From a virus, in IMG/VR virus record IMGVR_UViG_3300050343_000135, positions 1 through 64,000 of that record: 64,000 bases of DNA; one strand, 5' to 3'. The translations under genes and the position numbers were made by a program. The notes beneath the pieces are model-generated. The model searched no databases. It worked only from the letters and a program-made list of their open reading frames with translations, and was not told the origin of the DNA. Shown piece by piece: positions 49,263 to 57,959 of this stretch; within the stretch, counting starts at the first letter, position 1, and each line of letters begins with the position of its first letter.

Positions 49263-49788
49263 TTTTGCTATGATTCGCGATATATATCATAATAGGTCTA
49301 TCGTTAATGCGACTAAATAACGGCTAGATTCTCGGCGGGTTTATAAATATTACTGCCCAATGAGATATAAATTACTACCTTGCATATTTAGAAAACAAGA
49401 TTAAACGCTGTTTTAATTGGTGAAATACTTCGGTAAAACTTACAACGATTAGCTTAGGATTTAGGCTTTATATATTCCCAATATATAGAGTCCCATGAAG
49501 CGGAACTCTCGGAACAACGAGACAAAATAAAAATTAAAAAACTAACTAACTACATAGAGGTAAATAACTATGAAAAAGAAAAAGAACTATAAATTTAAAC
49601 TCTATCAGATGGTCAACGGAAAAAAGGTTAATTACGGCTCAACGCCTAGCATTAACTTTGCACGTGCTTCTGTAAAGAGACAACGAGAAAAAGGTATTGA
49701 GGCTTTTTGGATACCTTGCATTTATAAATAAACTAACCATAAAGGCTCTTAGGCACTCGCTAAGAGCCTTAAATTAAAGGGGGGTCTT

Positions 49789-49998
49789 ATGACTCATTCA
49801 GAACTAAACGAACTCATTAGAACGGCACACACGCTGTCTGATGATGATTTACTAATGGCATTTGAGCAGGTCGGCATAATTGCTGATTTTAATACTTGCT
49901 CGTTATCAATGGAGGAATACAATCTAATTAAGGCTGTATATTTCTTACTTGATTCAATGTGCAAGAATAGAGAATTAATAACTAATATAGAGGTTTAA
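49789..49998 (+). CDS. Hypothetical pre-early-like protein
   Basis: 69 aa ORF after a hairpin, with G-rich SD. Confidence 0.5.
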   Translation: MTHSELNELIRTAHTLSDDDLLMAFEQVGIIADFNTCSLSMEEYNLIKAVYFLLDSMCKNRELITNIEV

Positions 49999-50220
49999 AA
50001 TCTATAGGGTTAGAGTCGTTACCTAATACAAAAACGACTCATTTAATGGAGGTCATAAAATGACTATTATGAAAGAAAAAAAGCCAACTCTTAAACGTCA
50101 AGAGGTGGTCGAATTGGTACTCGATAAATTGAAAGAGCAAGGTATTGAGGATATGACAATATTTGCAACATATAAGAGATTAAATCTTAAAGGCTTGTTG
50201 CATTTTTTAGAGGTAACAAA

Positions 50221-50988
50221 ATGAAGATTGAAAGAAAATTAAATGCTTTGGTATTAGATACCGAAACGTGCTTTAAATCAGAAAATGCCAATATCATTCT
50301 TGAGATTGGTTGGACTGTTGGAAATGTACTTGATAAAACTGATATACCTACTTCGCGTAGGTATATTGTTGCTGATACTTTATTTAATCCTGAATTGCAT
50401 TGGCACTCTCAAAAATTGAGTGCCATTCATTCTGAACTATCAGATGCACCCGAGGGTTTAAGAGTAAATTATGGTAATGATATGAGGTATATAAAATACA
50501 TGAAAGAAGCTTATAGGCTGTCATGTTTAGGTGGTGAAGCATTGGGCGAAGTTGTTCTCCCCTGGGCTAGAATTCTTGACCAATTAAACAAAGATTTAGC
50601 CATGAGCGATTGCATAGGTGCTTATAATTTCCCTTTTGATTTAAGGGCGATTCAAACAACTACCAAACGCTTTCATCATCATGCTTATAATAATATATAT
50701 AAGATTCCGCATTTTTGTCTTATGCAAATGTCGGCAAATGAAATTGTTGATAGATGGTATTTCAAAAAGATAGATTCTTTAACCGAGGAGGAGAAAATAT
50801 TATTTAAATCTAAATCGGGCAAGAATCTAGGCTACTCGGCTGAAATAATGGCTAGGTATATATCTGAAGATTTAGGATATATCGAGATGCACACAGCCGA
50901 GGAGGACTCTAAGATTGAATATGAAATCATGCAATACTATTTTAATGATAAAGAGCTAGGGATGATAAATTCTTTAGCGACTATCTAG
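50221..50988 (+). CDS. DEDDh 3'-5' exonuclease (C-terminus probably frameshifted)
   Basis: LVLDTET, AYNFPFD, HTAEEDS motifs. Confidence 0.8.
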   Translation: MKIERKLNALVLDTETCFKSENANIILEIGWTVGNVLDKTDIPTSRRYIVADTLFNPELHWHSQKLSAIHSELSDAPEGLRVNYGNDMRYIKYMKEAYRLSCLGGEALGEVVLPWARILDQLNKDLAMSDCIGAYNFPFDLRAIQTTTKRFHHHAYNNIYKIPHFCLMQMSANEIVDRWYFKKIDSLTEEEKILFKSKSGKNLGYSAEIMARYISEDLGYIEMHTAEEDSKIEYEIMQYYFNDKELGMINSLATI

Positions 50989-51075
50989 GAAATATGTAAA
51001 AGCGGTGTCTTGGACAAAAATCCGAGATGGCTATAAAAACTATAAACAAAATGAACTATTTAAGGAGGTTCAAAA

Positions 51076-51579
51076 ATGAGCGATTATAAACAATTAGAAC
51101 TCCCTTTCATTGTCGAACATGAAAGGGGGGTTGATTATCAATTTGATAGATACTTTCGACACATGGAAGCATTTAACAAAGATGCCGATACTGTCTTTAT
51201 CTATGATTTAGATTATACGACTTTTGAAAGACCGAAAATATTCACCCACAAACCCACCTATTCATTTATAGGTGGTTTTAAATGGGAATATAGCCTTGCA
51301 TGGTATATCTTTTGGGACTGCTTCATTGTGTCTCTATTCGATAAGCCCTTACCCTTACTAAAGGATATGCAAAAACATATGCAACTCGGTAGAAAGGTTG
51401 GCATTTTCTCGGCTCGTTCGGTTAAATGGTATACGGCTTTGTGGGTAAGGTTGAAAATCGGAAAGGTTGAATTTCTAAAATTCAGACCAAAGAACGACAA
51501 CACCAAAGATGATATTTTAAAAGAGACGGTACTTGCAAGAATGTTGCGAGGAACATTCATTCTTTGCTTATGCTTCTAG
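51076..51579 (+). CDS. HAD-family (PNKP-type) phosphatase
   Basis: IYDLDYT, IFSARS, RPKNDNTKDDILKE motifs. Confidence 0.65.
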   Translation: MSDYKQLELPFIVEHERGVDYQFDRYFRHMEAFNKDADTVFIYDLDYTTFERPKIFTHKPTYSFIGGFKWEYSLAWYIFWDCFIVSLFDKPLPLLKDMQKHMQLGRKVGIFSARSVKWYTALWVRLKIGKVEFLKFRPKNDNTKDDILKETVLARMLRGTFILCLCF

Positions 51580-51651
51580 AATCGTGGCATGGGATGATAG
51601 ACCCGACATTATCAAGATGTATAAGCAGAATGATGTTGAGGGGTTTCTCGT

Positions 51652-52128
51652 ATGATAGATATAACAATGACTGTTCTTTTTTGGGTTGGGGTGACTTCGG
51701 TTGCCTCGGCTCTTGCTTACATTCCAAAAGATATGCGACTTTTTGAGGTTGTTATAACTTTGGGTAATATATTAATCTTATTAACTAGCCCATTGATGCT
51801 ACAATGGGAATTCACTATCTTTTTAATGACTTTCCTTATTTGGTCGGCTCAAATTAAAATGGGTAGAGATGCTAAAACTTATGGAGGTGCTAGAAATGGC
51901 TACAAATAGACAAAAACAAAATAAGATAAAATTAGATAAATGGCTTTCGCAATGCTTCGGCTACAAGGTGGCAAAATGGTTCGATTTAATCCTGTTGGCT
52001 TTGGTTTCGTGGGCATTGTTTATATTTGCAATGTGGGTGGCGTAATGAAACGATCACTTATTAAATATAGCTTATATGATCTATGCGATTTATTAGCGGA
52101 AGCAATTGCAAAACCTAATGAGAACTGA
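51652..52128 (+). CDS. Small membrane and hypothetical proteins
   Basis: ORF 51652-51909 with 2-3 TM segments and ORF 51940-52128. Confidence 0.45.
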
Positions 52129-52343
52129 AAAAATTGATTCATGAGATAGCTGGGGAACTTTCCCACCGAAAAACTTTTGGAGCAAAAATTCTTGTTCAAT
52201 TTTGTAATGGGTATTTTACTAATCTAAAATAATCTTTTGGGTTGGTTAGTTTTTTGTTTTCGGCGGGTTAATTTATACTAACTATTAGTGAAATTTTGCT
52301 ACCCCGCCGAAGACAAATTTTTTTGCCCGAAAGAAAAAAGCTG

Positions 52344-52397
52344 AATGAGAATCATTCGCATTTAGAGTTATCCCCACTATCCACAGACTTATCCACA
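52344..52397 (+). promoter_or_regulatory. Fur-like box followed by three DnaA boxes
   Basis: AATGAGAATCATT 52344-52356; TTATCCCCA 52368, CTATCCACA 52377, TTATCCACA 52389. Confidence 0.7.
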
Positions 52398-52548
52398 GGT
52401 GAATTTTTATACAGCGTGAGCGCTTTAGCGCCGACAAGTAGTAGTATTATTATTATTTTTGTAGCCGCAGGCGCCAAAGTAGTAGTATTACTATGATGAG
52501 TAGTCTTTCTGCGACCGCCGCCGCGAATTTGGATTAGTTCCTAAGTCT

Positions 52549-52641
52549 ATTATACCACAGCGCCCGGTAAATGTCAAGAGAAACGCAGAAATTAATTTTC
52601 TTTCACAAATCCCTTGACATTTCCAATTGGCGCTGTATAAT
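52549..52641. promoter_or_regulatory. Back-to-back sigma70 promoters
   Basis: - strand TTGACA-N17-TATAAT 52577-52549; + strand TTGACA-N16-TATAAT 52614-52641. Confidence 0.7.
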
Positions 52642-52672
52642 AGTATACATAATAAAGACAAAGGAGAACATT

Positions 52673-52834
52673 ATGAAAAACGAAAAAACAGAAAAAGCAA
52701 AAAGACCAAACAAAAAATACTTGCTAAAAGAAATTAGCGAACTATCTGGCAAAAGAATCGCTGAGTTAGACTCACTAGGCAGAAGCAACATTGAAACAAT
52801 CGTCTGGATTCGCGACATGGTCAAAGGAGCGTAA
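52673..52834 (+). CDS. Small basic protein
   Basis: SD AAGGAG then MKNEKTEKAKRPNKKYLLKEISEL; own promoter. Confidence 0.6.
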   Translation: MKNEKTEKAKRPNKKYLLKEISELSGKRIAELDSLGRSNIETIVWIRDMVKGA

Positions 52835-53369
52835 GCAACTCTATAACTCACTGCTAGACGCAACCTGCTATTGGCACGCAGGTCGCATCGCGCCGATTTT
52901 ACCACACCTAAACTCGCATGTCAATACTTATGCGAAATTATTTTTGCCTAAAATTTCCCGGGCTAGTCTTCCCTATACCTAAAGCATTTCCCCAAGAGTG
53001 AGTACTCACTATCATCGCACGTCAGCAAAAAGGGATTCGCACCAATCGGGCGTTGCTTTATCCAGGGCGGCGCCGTAAGTGCGAAAACTAAGTACAAAAG
53101 TGATACTCCTGCGCCAAATTAAGTGCAAAATCTAAGTACTAGGTCTACTTGTGCGAGTTAGCGGCCGTCGCGAGACTAGTATAAGTCTTATTTATATTTT
53201 ATCAGACTTTGGAAGCTTGTCAAGACTTATGCGAAGGTTTGCACCGATTTTGCGAGAAAGATTGTGCCAGTTTCGCGTCCGGCCCCCGAGAGTTCGCTAG
53301 CGTTAATTTATGAGGAATTTCTTTCGCAAATCTATTGACAATCTTATCAGGCTTCTATATAATATATGT

Positions 53370-53538
53370 ATCTTTTGAGGGAAATGAGAAAAACCGAACA
53401 CAGAGGCTAACTATTAACAGTTAGAGAGAGTATAGGTGAGTCGCTTCAGGGGGGTGTCCAAGCATGCTAGGGGATATTAGAAATGCAAAAACGAACAAGA
53501 GCTTGGCCCGATTCATTTCCACCAAAAGACCTATACTA
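53370..53538 (+). ncRNA. ~170-nt structured RNA with pseudoknot
   Basis: Promoter TTGACA-N17-TATAAT 53335-53363; the 5' end pairs with the 3' end; extra 9-bp pairing 53429-37 with 53529-37. Confidence 0.6.
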
Positions 53539-53650
53539 AGGTATGGTTGCGAAAGGAGAACACGCAAAACATAAAAAACTCCTTGACAAAACCTTATCCG
53601 CAGTATATAATAGTATTATAAAAACAAACAAAAAGAATAAGGAGAACATT

Positions 53651-53977
53651 ATGGCATCAGCTAAAAATTACACAGAAGAAATGGTAGCTTCAATGACAGA
53701 AGCATACAAAGCCAATCCTACAAGAGAAACAGTAGATGGCTTAGCAAGAGAATTTGGCAAGACTACAAGAAGTATCATTGCTAAACTTTCAAGAGAAGGC
53801 GTATATGTTGCTCAACCAAGAACAACTAAATCTGGTGAAGCAATAGTAGCTAAATCTGAGTTGGTTTCTGAAGTTGCTACTATTCTAGGTGTGCAGGTTG
53901 AGGACATAGCATCTCTAGAAAAAGCAACAAAAGTCCACCTCAAAGAACTGGTGACAAGACTATCCCAAGTAGTCTAG
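53651..53977 (+). CDS. T5 A2-like DNA-binding protein
   Basis: NYTEEM..LAREFGKTTRSIIAKLSREGVY..SLEKATK; promoter 53583-53611; SD AAGGAG. Confidence 0.7.
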   Translation: MASAKNYTEEMVASMTEAYKANPTRETVDGLAREFGKTTRSIIAKLSREGVYVAQPRTTKSGEAIVAKSELVSEVATILGVQVEDIASLEKATKVHLKELVTRLSQVV

Positions 53978-54046
53978 TTGCGAACTCTGAGAACCTCGTG
54001 AAAAATAACACTTGACACGAGGTTACCGCCAGAGTATAATATATTT

Positions 54047-54198
54047 ATAAAATTAAGAAACAGTAGAGAAGTGATAAAAGTAGGCTGACCCCCTCATTGT
54101 CACTTGGTTAAAGTGAACCTACTCTAGCTACTAAACATACCCTATCAAGTAGCAGATAGTATTTAACGGGAAAGTGGTGGGATTAAATACTGTTTTTT
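54047..54198 (+). ncRNA. Structured RNA/leader with alternative terminator-like pairing
   Basis: Promoter 54012-54040; helices AGTAGG/CCTACT, TCACTT/AAGTGA, GCTACT/AGTAGC, AGTATTTAA/TTAAATACT plus T-run; no ORF. Confidence 0.5.
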
Positions 54199-54315
54199 AG
54201 CTAGATAACTCTAGCGTGGTAAGTGTCTACGGAAGCACGCACAAAAGTGAAGTAGCAAGTTCGACTCTTGCACCACCTAGTAAAAGTTAGTACCAATCTA
54301 ACATCTAGCTAAAAA
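54194..54315 (+). ncRNA. tRNA-like RNA lacking a normal anticodon arm
   Basis: GTGGT/ACCAC stem, D-arm GTGT-CTACGGAA-GCAC, mini-arm CAC-AAAA-GTG, T-arm GCAAG-TTCGACT-CTTGC, outer 13-bp helix. Confidence 0.65.
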
Positions 54316-54382
54316 CCAGTTAAGTAGTAAATAAGTTAAAAATTTACTTGACACAAGGTTAAAAACGTAGTATAATATATAT

Positions 54383-55378
54383 TACAAAAAGGGGAAAAGT
54401 AGTTGGAAACAGGAAAAAATAAATGATTGAGCTTCGGCCAATAAATAATCCTCCAACAACTTGACCGAGTGAGGCGTCACATAAAACACTGCCGGATGCT
54501 CTTTAGACATAGATGAGATTCACGTTAAATGTAAAAATGTCCGCTTTTGATAGTCGTTATGAGACATACCTTCCGCAGCAAGGAGAGAGTCATAACCGCA
54601 TGAACTGATGCGTAAATATTTGAGTGGATACTTCCAATAAGTCCCCTGAGTACATAGTACGATTGCGAAGGACTCCAAAGTAGGGTGAGTAGCGACTAAC
54701 ACAACGGCAATAAGCAAAGCAGCAACGAAGCAAGAACAGTTCGGCACTTTATCGAAAGTATAAAATCGATTTGTTTTACTGCATTAATGGGCGTTACGAC
54801 CTTCGGGTTTACTAAATGCAGAGGTAATTGTAAGCACAGGATATAGCCAAAATATCGGTGTAGAGTGAGGAAACCACGCTGTTCCTATCCCACGCCTCAA
54901 CCGTTTCGGTAGCAGGAGTGTAGGGCAAGGACGAGAAGAAAACCAGTCTACTGCGACACGGGCGGACTAGATATTTATATCATAGCAACCAGTCAATAGT
55001 AGCAAACTCGGGCAAGGGAAAGGATGATGTTTCCTAGCCGCAGACTGCGAGAGCGAGGTGTCTTCGGGACGGGGGCAGTAGGCAACTAATTAAGAAGTGC
55101 AGACTTGGAACACTATAAAAGCTAAGCAGCAAGAAGAACGGCAGTCGCTCTGTCAACTACTGAATAGTAGATATCTTAGTCAATAGCATTTGGACTTAAA
55201 ACAGTGCATAGTAGATAAGTGATGTGAAATAAGCAGTGCACCTTCGATTGAAGTTTGTAATATCCATCACCTCTAGCTACGCAGTGGACAGGTTCGTGAG
55301 TAATTCCAACACGACCACTTTAAAATAAACTTACGTTCGGAGTTTAAATAGGCAGTTGAGATACTGCCTATTTTTTTG
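54383..55378 (+). ncRNA. ~1-kb highly structured non-coding RNA
   Basis: Promoter 54348-54376 and terminator 55349-55378 bracket a region with no + strand ORF of 60 aa or more, many UUCG/GNRA hairpins and long-range helices. Confidence 0.75.
55349..55378 (+). terminator. Intrinsic terminator
   Basis: ATAGGCAGT/ACTGCCTAT stem followed by a T-run. Confidence 0.85.
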
Positions 55379-55479
55379 TTTCGTAGAACTATATCTCAAA
55401 ATTTTAAGGTCTTAAAAAATAGTTCTTGACAGACAACTTATTTCTCTGTATAATATATGTATATAAAAAGGAGACAAAG

Positions 55480-55824
55480 ATGGATTTATGGACAACAATC
55501 AAACACTTAGAAAAGGAACACAATTGCATAATATATGGCATACTTGAACCACAAGGTGTAGCAGAAGATTTATCTAGCTGGAGTAGTTTTGATGCTGAGG
55601 AGCGAACAGAAGATTTCATAATGGACTCTTACGACATTCCAACGCAGTTAATGCTTGAAGCATTTGAGAACGCATATAACAATGTAAGTTCCGAGTACGA
55701 CAACTACAACACTATGCTAGAAGTAGTAGGCGATTACATAGTCGCAAAGTTAAAAGCAAAGCAGTGTGTATGTGGCGCAGTAGAATGCCCAGACGAGTAC
55801 GCACACACAACGAGTGGGGTGTAA
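55480..55824 (+). CDS. Hypothetical acidic early protein
   Basis: Promoter 55426-55454; SD AAGGAG; C-terminal CVCG..CPDEYAH motif. Confidence 0.65.
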   Translation: MDLWTTIKHLEKEHNCIIYGILEPQGVAEDLSSWSSFDAEERTEDFIMDSYDIPTQLMLEAFENAYNNVSSEYDNYNTMLEVVGDYIVAKLKAKQCVCGAVECPDEYAHTTSGV

Positions 55825-56113
55825 GATGGCAGACAAATTTACTAAGGGAGTCATGGGCGACCACAGTGCAAAAGTGATGCCTTTCCCCACCATTGACAGA
55901 GTCTCTTTTTATAGGAGCATATGGATAGAAGTATGACAGCAATAGCAGAGTTAAATGTGCAGTTGCAACAAGTACAAGACATGCTATTCAATGAAGTAGT
56001 AGAGTTCGAGACATGCGTTGTTGAGTTACAAAACGAAATACAACGCTTGGAACGACTACTAAAAAATGAACAAACAATAAACAAGATAGGTAAAGACACA
56101 TAGGAGGTGCAAC

Positions 56114-56335
56114 ATGCCAGTAAAATTTAAACCAAGTGCAAAGAAATACGTTAGAGGCGTACCGGCAAGTAAATTGCCAATGGAACACTTCTACATGCAC
56201 ACAATGAAAAAAGAAGAGCTATTTGAGTACATAAACGACAAAGGCCAAAACATGAAACCTAAAGTAAGACAGAAGTGCGTAAACGAACTTCAGCGTAGAG
56301 GTATCAAAATAGAATGGGTGGAGGTGCAGTCATGA
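56114..56335 (+). CDS. Hypothetical protein
   Basis: SD GGAGG; 73 aa; KPKVRQKCVNELQRRGIKI. Confidence 0.6.
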   Translation: MPVKFKPSAKKYVRGVPASKLPMEHFYMHTMKKEELFEYINDKGQNMKPKVRQKCVNELQRRGIKIEWVEVQS

Positions 56336-56464
56336 GATGGAGTGGTAAAGCGAAACATAAATCGCACAAAAAGAAAACTGCACAAGGTGATTCACATGGC
56401 AGAGTTAGCTTAAATATGAACAAAAACAAGAAGCGTAGCTTCAAGAAATACAGGGGCAAGGCAG

Positions 56465-56865
56465 ATGATAAATGATTATGCGAAATTTGTAGACAAATGT
56501 ACCTCCGCTGAGAGTAGAGAAACGAGTGCTTTTCAGCAGAGAATAACAGCACTAAGCGTGATGCATCCTGATGTAGATTGGAGTAGATTAATGACTTCAG
56601 CTATAGGAATGTTAGCAGAAAGTGGAGAATTTACCGAGATTATGAAAAAAATATTTTTTCAAGGTAAAGAAATGAGTGAAGGCAACAGATATCATATGAA
56701 GCGTGAGCTAGGTGATGTACTGTGGTACTGGATTCAAGGTTGTATTGCATCTAGGTTATACGCCTGAAGAAGTAATGAAAGAAAACATAGCAAAGCTAGA
56801 GAAGAGATATCCGAATGGCTTTGAACAGATTCGTAGTGAAGTGCGAGAAGAAGGAGATATCTAGT
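56465..56865 (+). CDS. mazG: MazG-like NTP pyrophosphohydrolase (frameshift near 56750)
   Basis: GMLAESGEFTEIMKK..KRELGDVLWY; the other frame continues ENIAKLEKRYPNGF. Confidence 0.85.
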
Positions 56866-57083
56866 GGAAATGATAGAAAATTTATTAGCGGGTATTGGAT
56901 TAATAACAGTAGTAGTAGGCATATTATTTGTCTGCGTATTTTGGGAGAACAGATAATGGCGAAAAAGAAAAATAATTTTGAAACAGAGCTAAGCAAGTAC
57001 AAACACAGCTTAGAGCTTGTGAGAACAGTAGTGCCTATATTAGTACTAATTCTACAAGTGTTTATTCTAGGGAGGATTATATA

Positions 57084-57717
57084 ATGGCAAATCATGTATA
57101 TTTTACAATAAGTGTAGAAGGTCTATCAGACGAACAATGGGATGAAGGAGTCAAGGTAGGGTAAAGGGAACTAGGAACGATTACGATGGAAACCCATACG
57201 AGTACGAAGATTGGGACTATATAGAGAACCAACCATTCATGGCAAGTGTAAAGAAAACATTTGATAAAGATGGAGAACTAGAAAACTCATACGACTGGTA
57301 CTGTAATAATGTAGGTGCTAAGTGGTGTAACATAGAAGAAATGGATAGCTGCTTTATAACTGGTTATTCAGCTTGGAGACAACCTATAGAACTAGTAGCA
57401 AATCTAATTGAATGGTATTCAAACGAGTTTGATACCGAAGTAAGTGCAATTATGACTTATGAAGATGAGTTCAGAAACTTCCTAGGAAAGCAGTACTTTG
57501 CAGTAGAACACAATAACCTACAGTGGACTGCATATGAAGGAGAAACCTATGAAACTGATGGAGATGAGCTAGTAGAAGAATTCAATGAGAGATTCCCTGA
57601 CATAGACACAACGCAGAAGACTTTGACTGGTTTGAAGAAGTAAAGACTGGTGGCGATATAATATATCCTCATGAAGTGCTAGATGAAATTGTAGACGATT
57701 TCTGGAGTAAGGCATGA
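57084..57717 (+). CDS. DUF1281/Api92-like protein (frameshifted)
   Basis: MANHVY start; YDWYCNNVGAKW, SAWRQP, YEDEF motifs. Confidence 0.55.
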
Positions 57718-57959
57718 CACAGTATATAAACGAAGTAGAAAAACAAAGACTGTATCTAGCTGCTGAAGACTGGGGAAACAAAGTATCGCAGATATACTCA
57801 ACAAAAGGTGGAGCAGGAGATTTAGGCTTTGGTATGGGAATGTTTGTTTACTATAACAATGGAGCAGTACATAAGCTAGAAGGAAAGAAGATAAGTATAT
57901 GTCAAGTTCCGAACAGTATAGAACAAGTCATAGACGACTATGAAAGGAAGGATGTATGA
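57714..57959 (+). CDS. Hypothetical protein
   Basis: 81 aa ORF coupled to neighbours. Confidence 0.55.
   Translation: MTQYINEVEKQRLYLAAEDWGNKVSQIYSTKGGAGDLGFGMGMFVYYNNGAVHKLEGKKISICQVPNSIEQVIDDYERKDV

Larger units (their letters stand above)
52250..53330. repeat. GC-richer repeat/palindrome zone resembling the T5 injection-stop region
   Basis: GCGCC..AAGTAGTAGTATTA x2, GCGCC..TAAGTGC..CTAAGTAC x2, TTCGGCGGG/CCCGCCGAA, palindrome AGTGAGTACTCACT 52997-53010. Confidence 0.55.

Noticed and set aside
52420-53120. GCGC repeats as T5-type nick sites for the HNH nuclease
   Set aside because: The motif is too short to support from sequence alone; nicks would need strand-specific read-end data.
54216-54276. 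Canonical tRNA gene
   Set aside because: The anticodon arm is only 10 nt, and there is no 7-bp acceptor stem with a discriminator and CCA.
54520-54747. 75-aa - strand ORF
   Set aside because: No SD or promoter; antisense to the structured RNA unit.
54383-55378. RNase P RNA, tmRNA or a group I/II intron
   Set aside because: No GAGGAAAGUCC P4 motif, no tRNA-like 3' end with CCA, and no flanking exons; it has its own promoter and terminator. A covariance-model search is still needed.
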